This document shows positions 1-12,020 of a DNA stretch of 64,000 nt, one piece after another. The notes below the pieces were generated by a model that saw only the letters and a program-made list of their open reading frames with translations, did no database searches and was not told the origin of the DNA. Source of the DNA: Octopus vulgaris (lineage: Eukaryota); assembly GCA_951406725.2 (NCBI GenBank), contig OX597814.1, positions 21,142,001-21,206,000 on the forward strand. Direction: 5' to 3'. The position numbers and the translations under genes were made by a program. Position 1 is the first letter of the stretch. Every line of letters begins with the position of its first letter.

Positions 1-14
1 TGTTGAAGCATATT

Positions 15-200
15 CTGTTGTGTCTGGGGAGAGTCATTTTCTTTTTGTGCCTTATAATGTAACACACTCACTATTCAAAAGGTTGCAAGACGCAACGAAA
101 ATTTTAGGAAAATAAAAATAAGAAATATGTGGAAATTTTACCGATGAGTGTGTTACATTATAAGGCACAAAAAGAAAATGACTCTCCCCAGACACAACAG
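15..200. repeat. Perfect 56-bp inverted repeat (15-70 / 145-200)
   Basis: CTGTTGTGTCTGGGGAGAG…ACACTCA and its exact reverse complement. The same family recurs at ~610-675 and ~3297-3370. Confidence 0.85.
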
Positions 201-228
201 TTCTTATTATTCATTTACTTAAAAAAAA

Positions 229-417
229 GGCGAACGGGCAGAATCGTTAGCACGCCGGACCAAAGGCTTAGCAGCATTGCTTCCGGCTTTATGTTCTGTG
301 TCCTAATTCCCTTGAGGTCAATTTTCATCCTTTTGAAGATCACTGAAATAAGTTCCAGTCAATCGCTGAGGTGATGTAATCGACTAGCTCCTGTCTCACA
401 ATACTACAGCACTTTGT
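229..417 (+). mobile_element. SINE family B (diverged copy)
   Basis: GGCGAACGGGCAGAATCGTTAGCACGCCGG head and GATGTAATCGACT tail shared with copies at 14073, 23180, 28435 and 33915. Confidence 0.75.
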
Positions 418-1160
418 GCCTATAGTTAGAAGAATAGATTATCTGTCTATAGAATAGAGTTGTGGATTGGAGTAACGGGTCAGCGTTCGGCCGAAATACT
501 TTGTGCATTTAGTTTTACTTTGCAGATCTGACTACTATTGATTTTGCCGTTCATTTCTCTGCAGTTGATATGAATGCCCGATATTGTTGTTCATCTTATT
601 TGTGATAGTGGTGGAAATTTTACCGGTGAGTGTCTTACATTATAAGGCACAAAAAGAAAATGACTCTCCCCAGACGAACCTATGATGAAAGTCATTGTGG
701 GTATGAGCAACTCGTCCCTTACTTTCAGTATAATTTAATCTCAGAATACATTATTTCGATTGAGTTCCCACATGTTGTTTTTTTTTTTTTTTTTTATCAA
801 AGATTTTAAAGATTGATTTGTGAGAGATTTATTTGCTATTTCTAGCTTGTTGAGTAAGCGTATAGAGGACCTCTAGTCGGCTTCCTTGTGAAGATGCAGA
901 CATAAACCATCAGCTCAGATATAAAAACATCATATTCATCACACATGTGTTAACATATCTCTTTGAAATATATTTAAATTTATGCTCAGTAGTTTAGCTG
1001 ATAAATCGACACCAGAACTTCTACGAATTTCATTTGTGTGAGAAAAATAGTGATGTAATCAAGAGACGAAAAATCATCTGTTCTATTGATAACATTACTG
1101 AATTCAGAAATTATTGAAGGCTTTATGAGTTTACAATAATATTGAAGGCTTTATGAGTTT

Positions 1161-1349
1161 ACAAAGTGCTGTAGTATTGTGAGACAGGAGCTAGTCGATT
1201 ACATCACTCCAGCGATTGACTGGAACTTATTTCATCGATCTTCAAAAGGATGAAAATTGACCTCAAGGGAATTAGGACACAGAACATAAAGCCGGAAGTA
1301 ATGCTGTTAAGCCTTTGATCCGGCGTGCTAATGATTCTGCCCGTTCGCC
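1161..1349 (-). mobile_element. SINE family B, inverted near-identical copy of 229-417
   Basis: Reverse complement of 229-417 with only a few differences. Confidence 0.75.
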
Positions 1350-1510
1350 TTTGGGAATAGTTTTTTCAATAATACGTGGTAAACTTTTCCTACTTTATTG
1401 TGCACATCTATCTACCTGTCTATCTGCTTGTCTGTCTCCATGTATGTGTGTGTGTGTTACCTCACACACATATATTCATTGTAAACTCTCTCTCTCTCTC
1501 ACACTCTTTG

Positions 1511-1562
<52 letters not shown>

Positions 1563-1767
1563 AAATATCAATGTGAGTTATATACAGTAGCGGTAACACA
1601 ACGTGACGTATTTTTGCCATTTCAATATGGCTAACCCCTAAGGGTGGATGCTACTGTAGTTTTTAGCCCCAGGAGGACACACTCCTCCAGCTGGCCATAG
1701 ACACACTTTCTGTGTCCTGTCAGTATTTGCAAAGGGAAGTCATCCATCCCGTCTTCAACTTATGATA

Positions 1768-1812
1768 CACACGGACTCGAGTTTCGAGGTATTGACCTCT
1801 CGTCAGCGTGTG
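1768..1812 (-). ncRNA. Minimal type I hammerhead ribozyme (copy 1 in 353-bp repeat)
   Basis: Minus strand reads CACACG-CUGACGA-GAGGU(caau)ACCUC-GAAA-CUCGAG-UC-CGUGUG: canonical core, 6-bp stem I, 5-bp stem II, palindromic stem III (ACUCGAGU), GUC cleavage triplet. Confidence 0.88.
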
Positions 1813-2120
1813 ACAATCATAGTTGTCGCCGAGAATTAGATTTCCTTCACAAATACTTATACTTTTTCCAGCGTCCATAGTCGCTGATATTGAAAAAGTG
1901 AAATCAAACAATGATAAATATCAATGTGAGTTATATACAGTAGCGGTAACACAACGTGACGTATTTTTGCCATTTCAATATGGCTAACCCCTAAGGGTGG
2001 ATGCTACTGTAGTTTTTAGCCGCAGGAGGACACACTCCTCCAGCTGGCCATAGACACACTTTCTGTGTCCTGTCAGTATTTGCAAAGGGAAGTCATCCTT
2101 CCCGTCTTCAACTTATGATA

Positions 2121-2165
2121 CACACGGACTCGAGTTTCGAGGTATTGACCTCTCGTCAGCGTGTG
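2121..2165 (-). ncRNA. Minimal type I hammerhead ribozyme (copy 2 in 353-bp repeat)
   Basis: Identical to 1768-1812, offset by 353 bp. Confidence 0.88.
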
Positions 2166-2381
2166 ACAATCATAGTTGTCGCCGAGAATTAGATTTCCTT
2201 CACAAATACTTATACTTTTTCCAGCGTCCATTGTCGCTGATATTGAAAAAGTGAAATCAAACAATGATAAATATCAATGTGAGTTATATACAGTAGCGGT
2301 AACACAACGTGACGTATTTTTGCCATTTCAAGTAGCATCCACCCTTAGGGGTTAGCCATATTGAAATGGCAAAAATACGTC

Positions 2382-2434
<53 letters not shown>

Positions 2435-2559
2435 TATATTCAGTAAAAGCAATTAAGATTCAAGTGAGTTCTATTGAATTCACTTGAATGCGGTACTTAA
2501 CTTAGATGCACCAGAACACTATATGGTATTAACCATACAATAATGTGGTGTGATTATAA

Positions 2560-2635
2560 ACAAGAAAAAAGCAACAAGAATGGATTAGTTTTTCAGTACT
2601 GAAAAACTAATCCATTCTTGATGCTTTTTTCTTGT
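2560..2635. repeat. 76-bp loopless palindrome
   Basis: 38-bp arms centred on CAGT|ACTG, one mismatch, adjacent to (TA)n. Confidence 0.9.
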
Positions 2636-2666
2636 ATATACACATATATATACATATATATATATA

Positions 2667-2749
<83 letters not shown>

Positions 2750-2754
2750 ATATA

Positions 2755-2789
<35 letters not shown>

Positions 2790-3229
2790 CTGAAAAGGCA
2801 TTATTCTGTTTTGTATTGTATCGTTTTCGTACTCTATACGTATTGTTATTGCTTCAGAATATTGTACAGCCGTAAGGCATTTTCTGTTTGTTCTGTATCG
2901 TTTTAGCACTCTATACGTATAGTTATTGCCTTTGCTTATTGCACAGCTGTAAGTCACTTTCTGTAATGTATAACGTTATTTTGTCCTGTCCTCGCATTCA
3001 TCCGCCACTATTTTCCTGTGGCTCTATGCTCTGGCGCTCCCATTTGATAACAGTGGTCTTGGTTTAAATAGCGCGAAGCCACTATTTTCCCCTTCTCTGT
3101 CTAACTGAATGTATATATATATTGGCCTGCTCGCGTAGCCAGCAAGGTGGTGTCATTTGAAGGCTAAAACAATGCGAAGCGCATTGTGACCAGCGATTTG
3201 TAGCCTGGTCGTTCACGGTGATCACGGTG

Positions 3230-3297
<68 letters not shown>

Positions 3298-3455
3298 TGT
3301 TGTGTCTGGGGACAATCATTCTCTTTTTGTGCTTTATAATCTACCACACTCACCGGTAAAATTTCCACTTATTCCTTTTTTAATGCAAGACGCAACAGAA
3401 TATGCTTCAACACACGAACTCACATAAATAATCTTGGAAACCAAATACAAAAACG

Positions 3456-3506
<51 letters not shown>

Positions 3507-4126
3507 TGTGTATATCGCAACGTGCTGTCGCTAACATAATTTCCTTCTGATCATATCACTGTTAATATCACCAGTTCACTGCAAAAAGTAATGAAGGAAG
3601 TTATATGCTTAACTTACGTGTCATAAATTCAAATCTGTCATAAGTGTTGTGACTACATTTGCTCCAACTATCCTGCAAAAAATAGGTCTCGTTCTTTATC
3701 TAATCAAATCTAATCAATACCCATTGGATAAAATTGATTTGCTTTGTTAGCTCACTGCGTTGACAGTAAATAATCCCATTTAAGCACAATAGAAGCCCAC
3801 ATAGTAGATATCTCTTTCCTTGAAATATATATATTACAATCTTTCTTTGAAGTTTATAACTAATTCCGAAATATTAAACTGTTGACACTGTTCCATGCAA
3901 ATGCATAAAATGAAAAAAAAATACTAAAGCAACTAACTCTATCAGCAAATTACTTTACAGATGCCGAACGTATAACATTAACCACATCATTTCATCACGT
4001 TTTTTTTACCTTGGCTGCGTTAAACGGTAATTTAGAAGAATTTTGATGAATAGGTATTAATCGGTTTTGCTGAATATACAGCCCACGACCAAAGATTGAG
4101 ATAATTACTTGTTTATAGTGACATTT

Positions 4127-4182
<56 letters not shown>

Positions 4183-5082
4183 GTATATATATATATCAAT
4201 AATATTTATAGCAGTAATTCTCCTAGTTGCAATTGTAGAGTTATGTCCCACTGTCCGTTATTAGGCCGGTATCTAACCCAAAACGTAATTTATAAATGTA
4301 CAATCTTAACTATAACTGGTAACTTTATATATAGGATGTTCTGTTTATATGGGAAAAAACGTATTTATAGCCATTTTTCCTCTTTTAGACTCAAACATAA
4401 ACAAATTCTATGTAATTTTCTCTCTCTATTGTTGAAAATGTTGGTATATAAACAAAATTTATCTTTTTGGTTATAATATCTTTCTTGATAATCCTAAATT
4501 TTATCTTTACACAACATAACAATATTGTTGAAAATCAATCACCTATAGTACCCCATGATAAAATTTCCTCTGTATTATTATCATTGGTTTTATTAGCGTT
4601 TTGCCCATTTAACTGGTAATAAACATCTTGATTTGAGGTCTTCCACTACCCAACATCCTTATAGTCAGCTACTTTATTCTACTTCAAAATAATCTTGACA
4701 AGTTTTATGACCATACCCACTATGTTCTGTCAACTCTGTCCTACCCTTTCCTAACAAACACAATCCTCTAATCTTAGATTTAGTAATTGATAAACAAGAC
4801 TAATAAGTTAAAACTGAACCAAAATCCGTTACAAGCTATGACCCCAACCAATTTTTTCCCAATGTCTGTTAAATTCTAAGCTGGAGTGGTGGCAGCATGG
4901 TCTTTGTCTGTCTTCTTATTCTATTAGAGCATTTCGAATTATATTAATGTGTCCGACTGATTAAAAATTCTATTTATTTATTTATCCAGCTGAGGATAGC
5001 CCTGCATTTAAATTGATGTAATGATTGCATTGTTCAATTAAATGGTACTGAATCACGTCTGGATATCCTGTTGCTTATTTTG

Positions 5083-5153
<71 letters not shown>

Positions 5154-5608
5154 TGTGCGCGTGTGTGTGTGGGAGTGTGTATGTATGTATAAGTAAGATT
5201 CAGTTGAATTAGGTACTTAAATTGAGGCATATTATACACCTCGGGATAATATACATACACAGCAACAATATTATGTAAATATCAAACTTGGAACATAAAG
5301 ACCAGCCAGATAATATTACCGCAGTGCATGAAGACAATTAGACCCAGCTGAGATCAATAATAATAATAGTAGTAATCTTAATTTATCCCTTAATAACAAC
5401 TTTAATAATCTTAATGATGTAAATATCAAAGATCCTTGGAACCCTTTAAATAAGGATTTGCTTGTAAATTGTAAATTTAGCAACAATAATTTGTCTACGC
5501 TTAGAAATGAGGGTACTATGAATATCCTGGACTTACATCATGCGACACTTAAGCAACATTTAGCTACCTTGTAATTAATTATTCCCCTGAATTTTTCCTT
5601 TAAATTGT

Positions 5609-5664
<56 letters not shown>

Positions 5665-5851
5665 TCTGTGTATTATGTTCGTTCTATTCCCATACAATGA
5701 TTTCTAGTCACAGTTTAGAGCCCTGCCCCATTAACCCTTATACCGTTATCCTTCAAAGTCTTCCTCTATTAATATTATGGTAATTAGTAACGGTTGGTCA
5801 GCTTTCTTTCTTTTTTTCTCCTTATCCTCCCGCCTCTATCCATGAGTTTTA

Positions 5852-5889
5852 TTGTCGGACGAACGGGAACGTGAAACTCTGAGTAACAG
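5852..5889 (+). ncRNA. Minimal hammerhead-like motif with U4G core change
   Basis: UUGU-CGGACGA-ACG(ggaa)CGU-GAAA-CUC(u)GAG-UA-ACAG: stems I, II and III all form; core reads CGGACGA instead of CUGACGA. Confidence 0.6.
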
Positions 5890-5927
5890 TTTCTGTGATA
5901 ATTCTGGTGCTTTTTAATAAAGCATAA

Positions 5928-5991
<64 letters not shown>

Positions 5992-5995
<4 letters not shown>

Positions 5996-6968
5996 CTGAG
6001 AATGTGTGCCTGTCTGTCTGTCTGTCTGTGTGTTTCCCTAAAACTTGAGAACTACACAACCAATTTCATTCAAATTTTACACATGCCTTACTTAGGGTCC
6101 GGGGAGTGTCATCGGCGAAAAAGTTCAACTTTTTGCCTAGGGCGAGCCCATAGCAATATCATATCTTCTCCACTATTTCAGTATTACGTGTTAAAACTGA
6201 AACAAAAACATTTCTCTATTTTATGTCAGATACTTTCACTTAAACAATAAAAATAATAATAATAATTGAATTATATGCAGTAAATAATAATTAAAATCAA
6301 ACTAAAGTATAATATAATCGTAAAATAACAAAAGTAAAAGTAGCAATTGGTATAAAATTGCATCAATGACTTGAACTTGAATAAGTGGTTTCACATGAAT
6401 GGGAATAAATTAAAAATGAAATTAATGCACAGAAATGGAATAGTCCATTAAATTAAAGAAAAGACAATTGTCTATAAAGTATACAATGTAGGGAAAAAAA
6501 GATTTGAACACCTGAACGAAAGCACCATCGGAAAGTGTCTTGGTGCGACTATGAAAGATATCAAGTATCTAACCAGAGGCGGTAAATTCGCCACAATAGA
6601 AGCAAGATTCGAGTCAACGGAGTGTGCAAGGGAGTACTCGACTCGAACCTTACAAAGTGGAAATATTTTATTTTTACCTTTATATCTGTGACGTAGGACG
6701 TCTCGGATAAAAATTTTAAATGCCCCCCCAGAAGTAGAGGTAGGCTGGATTGTAGCCACACTTCTATAAAAGAAGGAGGACAAGATACAATTGATCGAAA
6801 TTGCAAGAGACGGGCCTACAATTCCAGTCTGTTATATATTTTGAGTATTGTTATTACTAGCGATATCAAGACGTAACTTTGTATTTTGTATTTTATGTGT
6901 AGATGTATATATATAGATGTACACATAGATATACACATATATAAATGCACTAGCACTATATTGCTAGT
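5992..6968 (+). mobile_element. Non-autonomous Helitron-like element, copy 1
   Basis: 5' end TATATAA…(GTCT)n…CCAATTTCATTCAAATTT typical of non-autonomous Helitrons; 3' CTAG at 6964-6967; homologous to 7195-8775. Confidence 0.6.
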
Positions 6969-6984
6969 AAAATAATGCTAGTAA

Positions 6985-7060
<76 letters not shown>

Positions 7061-7156
7061 GGTATGTAGAAAAATACAACATGGACAAGAACGTATAACT
7101 CAAGAAAACGATACAATAAACACGGACATATATATATACATACATACATACATACA

Positions 7157-7192
<36 letters not shown>

Positions 7193-7194
7193 TA

Positions 7195-8775
7195 TATAAA
7201 ACTGGGAATGTGTGTCTGTCTGTCTGTCTGTGTGTTTCCCTAAAACTTGAGAACTACACAACCAATTTCATTCAAATTTTACACATGCCTTACTTAGGGT
7301 CCATGTAGTTTCATGGGCAAAACAATTGTTCAACTTCTTGCCTAGAGCGAGCCCATAGCAATATCATATCGTCTCCACTATTTCAGTATTACGTGTTAAA
7401 ACTGAAACAAAAACATTTCTCTATTTTATGTCAGATACTTTCACTTTAACAATAAGAATAATAATAACAATTGAATTATATGTAGTAAGTAATAATTAAA
7501 ATCAAACTAAAGTATAATATAATCGTAACATAACAAAAGTAAAAATAGCAATTGGTATAAAATTGCATCAATGACTTGAACTTGAATAAGTGGTTTCACA
7601 TGAATGGGAATAAATTAAAAATAAAATTAGTGTGCAGAAATGGAATAGTCCAGATGGAGCTGTGCACATACCCTTTACCACGGCTTTTACATTAGATTAT
7701 CTGCTAATTAGCTAGCATTAAGTATCTATATGAAGTTTGGCTGTATGTAATGTCTGTTTTCTCGAACAGCCGCTTCTACTGAGTTCTGCTGCTGGTTTAT
7801 TTCTTGTACATAAAGGACTATAACTTCAACTGCGTACTGCTTTTTGATTCACCGTAAGGTTTGTTGTTATTATTATTACTGTTTAACTATTGTTATCACG
7901 TTTGTTGGTTCCTCGTAAGGGAAAAGTTGTTGTGTTGCATTTGTTAAATAATTGTAAACTGTAACGCTCCCCCTTTGGGAGAAGGAGCTTTGGTTATTGT
8001 TTAAAAATTGAATTGTGTCCCTGTTTGGGGAAATTGACAATATTTTCACTGTTTATACGGAAACATTTTTGTTAGAATGCCTTCGATAGAAGAAAGCCCA
8101 AAAATGAATTTCGCTGAAGCCGTCGGCGGGCGCGAACTCATTGAAATTAAAATGGAAGAAATACAAACCTATTTCGGATTGATCACCGACAAAGACGGTG
8201 AATCTAGGATAACACCACCAAATGAAATAGAAAATTTAAATTAAAGAAAAGACTATTGTCTATTAAGTATACAATGTAGAGAAAAAAAGATTTGAACACC
8301 TGGAGGAAAGCACCGTCGAAAAGTGTCTTGGTGCGACTATGAAAGATATCTAACCAGAGGCGGTAAATTCGCCACAATAGAAGTAAGGTTCGAGTCAACG
8401 GAGCGTGCAAGGGAGTATTTGATTCGAACTTGCAAAGTGGAAATATTTTATTTTTACCTTTATATCTGGGACGTAGGACGTTCCGGATAAAAATTTTAAA
8501 TGTCCCCCCAGAAGTAGAGGTAGGCTGGATTGTAGCCACACTTCTATACAAGAGGGAGGACAAGATACAATTGATCGAAATTGCAAGAGACGGGCCTACA
8601 ATTCCAGTCGTTATATATTTTGAGCATTGTTATCACTAGCGATATCAAGATATAACTTTGTATTTTGCATTTTATGTGTAGATGTATATATATATAGATG
8701 TACATGTAATATGTACACACATATATACACATATATACATACACTAGCACTATGACCCGGCAACGACGTGTCATA
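7195..8775 (+). mobile_element. Non-autonomous Helitron-like element, copy 2 (longer)
   Basis: Same 5' end as copy 1; subterminal GC hairpin TGACCCGGCAACGACGTGTCA at ~8753-8773; ~580 bp of extra internal sequence (7652-8235). Confidence 0.6.
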
Positions 8776-8787
8776 TATATATATATA

Positions 8788-10345
8788 TTAAGATTGGCAA
8801 CTAAGTTCCAACTGTTTCTTTAATTTTTAATTTTTAAAAGGTTTAATAAAAAGTAATGCAGGAGTGGCTGTGTGGTAAGTAGCTTGCTAACCAACCACAT
8901 GGTTCCGGGTTCAGTCCCACTGAGTGGCATCTTGGGCAAGTGTCTCTGCTATAGCCCCGGGCCGACCAATGCCTTGTAAGTAGATTTGGCGGACGGAAAC
9001 TGAAAGAAGCCTGTCGTATATATATATATGTATATGTGTGTATGTTTGTGTGTCTGTGTTTGTCCCCCTAGCATTGCTTGACAACCGATGCTGGTGTGTT
9101 TACGTCGCCGTCACTTAGCGGTTCGGCAAAAGAGACCGATAGAATAAGTACTGGGCTTACAAAGAATAAGTCCCGGGGTCGCTTTGCTCGACTAAAGGCG
9201 GTGCTCCAGCATGGCCGCAGTCAAATGACTGAAACGAGTAAAAGAGTAAGAGTAACTAATTAATCAATAATGTATTCACCCTTGTTGTTTACAACTTCTT
9301 CCCAACGTTCAATAAGATTTTCAATACCTCGTTGGTAGAAATCACCCGATTTCGACTTGATAAATTAATCCTACCAAGCTCTCAATTCTGCATCAGTATT
9401 GAACGAAAGTCCGCGCATAGCATTTGAAGCAGACCGAAAGAGGTGGAAATCCGTTGGTGCCAAACCAGGAGAGTACGGCGGGTGTGGCAGCACTTCCCAG
9501 CCATGCGTTTGAATGGCTTCCTTGGTCATATTGGCGATATGAGGGTGGGCGTTGTCATGCACCAGAAGAACTCCGTGCTGCCGATTAGGTCTTTTCCCTT
9601 GAATAGCCGTGTTAAGTCGTTCCATCTGTTGAACATAGAGTTCCGCGTTGACCGTTTGGTTCCGTTCAAGCAATTCGTAATGGATAATCCCTCCCCAGTC
9701 CCACCATACGCACAACATCGTTTTACACGGATGAAGATCTTGTTACACGCGCGGTGTCGCTTGTTTACCGAGGCTAAGCCATTCCTAGCGCTGCTTCATA
9801 TTGATGTACAGGCACTATCTTTCGTCGCCAGTAACGATTCGGTAAAGGAATCGTTGCTAGTGTCCATGAGTTGAGCGGTGACGAGCAAGCAAGCCAGAGG
9901 AGATTGTGGCTCGTTCATTTTTGTTGTTGTCACTTAAAGCATGCGGAACACATGCTCCATACTTCTGAACGTTTCTCATCGAGTGAAGATGCTTCTCTAT
10001 AGCAGTGTAGGAGCATTCCATTTTCTCTGCCAGTTCCATTGTCGTTTGACGAGAATTTTCGTGCAAAATTTGGTTTAATCGCTCTTCATCGATCTCAACT
10101 AGACGGCCAGAAAGAGGTACGTCTTTGAGGTCAAAATTTCCAATTTTGAACTTGGCATACCAATCACGAGCGGTTCTTTCAGCTATGGCACCCTATCCAT
10201 ACACAGCACAAATGTCGCGAGCAGCTTTTGTACCCTTCGAACCTTGACTAAAAGCAAAAAGAAAGTGTCGAAAATGCTCGTTTTTCTTAACTTGACATTC
10301 AATTTTAATGATCTGAAAATAAACAAAAATTAACTAAAATTAACT
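8788..10345 (-). mobile_element. Mariner (DD34D) transposon, decayed, interrupted by a SINE
   Basis: Transposase motifs WWDWGGIIHYELL, HDNAHPH and HPPYSPGLAPTDFHLF, plus HTH region, with stops and frameshifts. TIR-like TTAAGATTGGCAACTAAGTT at ~8789. Confidence 0.9.
8858..9255 (+). mobile_element. tRNA-derived SINE family A
   Basis: A-box TGGCTGTGTGG and B-box-like GGTTCAGTCC head, central (TA/TG)n, AAGAGTA tail; AGTAA on both flanks. Confidence 0.85.
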
Positions 10346-11574
10346 AGTGGAGGAGCTGCACTCTGTTGTTAAGTCTCTAACCAAAGTTCAGCATCAAAGA
10401 CAGGGAATCTATTGCTAAGATACTTAATGGGCTAATCTATAGTTACCTTGATGCTTTGGTGGATGGAGTTAGCTACATTTTAGATGCTCTCCATTGTACC
10501 CCTCTCGATTTCTTCGGTACAGTCACATGGCGTTGTCCTAACTAGAGTATTAATGTCGTCTACATACCTTCAGTAAAGCAATATTGTTAGAGATTGTTGA
10601 AGCTTTTTGTCCCACCTGATCATGAAGAGGCCGGCCACATCCCCAGCCATTCCAACATCAAATGGCTGCATCTTGAACCTGCTTATATAGTTTCTTGTTA
10701 AACTTCACTATGTGGTTCTTTAAGGTGATTTTTCACGCTGGCTCCTATAGCGTGCGCAATAATTCTTTTCACCTGATTGTCGTTCTCAGGGTCTTGGGTG
10801 GGCATGACCCAGCCACTTCAGTGCACTGTAGTGCTTTTCTCCACTGCCGAGGTGATGGCAGGTAGTCTTCCCCCTTTCTGATCTGGTAAGGTAGAATCTA
10901 CTTCGGGCATGGTTGTCTAGGTAGTTACGGTCATAGGTTAGTTTTTAGGAGGAGGCCCAGTTCCTTTGTGTTGACTTCGCGGAAATCTACTTCGCTCTCA
11001 CAGATAATCTCAATAGATTTCTACACAGTAAAATCTGTGTCTATAGATGGGCAGTGTGAAACCATATCCATGCGACCAACTACACAACCTGCAAGGTCGT
11101 TAGAGGGGTTGCACTATTGACTCTACTGAGGTAGTCCTCCTTGCTCACACAGACATTTAGGGACGTTTCATTGAGCGGTCGTAAATCCTGCGAGAGGAAG
11201 CATGATAGATTATAGTTGCTGGAGATATTCACCCCGCAAACTGGTCTGGTAGGGGGCCCCATAACAAGGTCTACATAATGTTTATGGTCCTTCCATAACC
11301 CTGTACAGCATAGGAGCGTCGTTATTGAATGCCTGGAAATTTTGTGCGGTCTGTTTTTTGGGTTGGTGTATGTCACACCACATTCCCATGTGCGTGTTGA
11401 GAGGTTTTTCTACTTTTTCAAAGCAAATATATGGCTGTAAATCAAATGGCTACGATGTGGCTCTGGGAATAGTGAGTGTGCTTTAGATGTATGCTCTTGT
11501 TTATAGTTACCAATATAAAGAAATTATTTCTTGTAACAATAAGGAATACAGAAAGATCTTAAAATGTACACATT

Positions 11575-12020
11575 AGCTTAGCAACCACTTTAGACATTCC
11601 TATATAGATTCATCCATGAAAACTAGATCATCAGCATATAGGAGTTACCATGAACTTCCAGTCTTGAACTCTTCTTTGATGGCTTGTAGGGCTGTGGTGA
11701 AGGTGAGAGGACTGAGGACTGAAATATGATGGACTCCTTCCCTCACGTCAAATTCTCTGCAATCGTTGTTGACTCTCACATTACTTACCGTGTATTTCTA
11801 CTTAGTTTATATAGCTCTTACAATTCATTTGTCTACACCTAGTTTCCTTAGAGATCACCAAATACCTAAACGTGGTACCTTGTCAAATGTGTTTCCCAAA
11901 TCAACGAATGCCAGCAACAGCGGTTTAACCTTAGCCAAGTATATCTCTTGCAACTGTTTCACAATGAAGATTGCATCCGTGATATTTTTCCGGACACGAA
12001 ACAAAGCTGCATCTCATCTA
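11575..12020 (-). mobile_element. LINE reverse transcriptase fragment (RTE-like)
   Basis: Minus-strand LAFVDLGNTFD, EGVHHISVLSPLTF and LLYADDL match RT motifs FVDLEKAFD, GVHQGSVLSPLLF and YADD. Confidence 0.8.

Larger units (their letters stand above)
1558..2383 (-). repeat. 353-bp tandem repeat (about 2.2 units) with terminal 53-bp inversion; retrozyme or Penelope pLTR-like
   Basis: Units start ATGATAAATATCAATGTGAG at 1558, 1911 and 2264. 2331-2383 is the reverse complement of 1603-1655. Flanked on both sides by (TA)n. Confidence 0.9.

Noticed and set aside
1720-2264. Duplicated 63-aa ORFs
   Set aside because: Non-ATG starts and no recognisable motif; they are by-products of the 353-bp ribozyme repeat.
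4240-4900. Possible L1/Tx1 3' remnant on the minus strand
   Set aside because: Too decayed to support a call without a homology search.
10350-11500. GC-richer block, possibly an old LINE
   Set aside because: No convincing motif recovered by eye; left unannotated.
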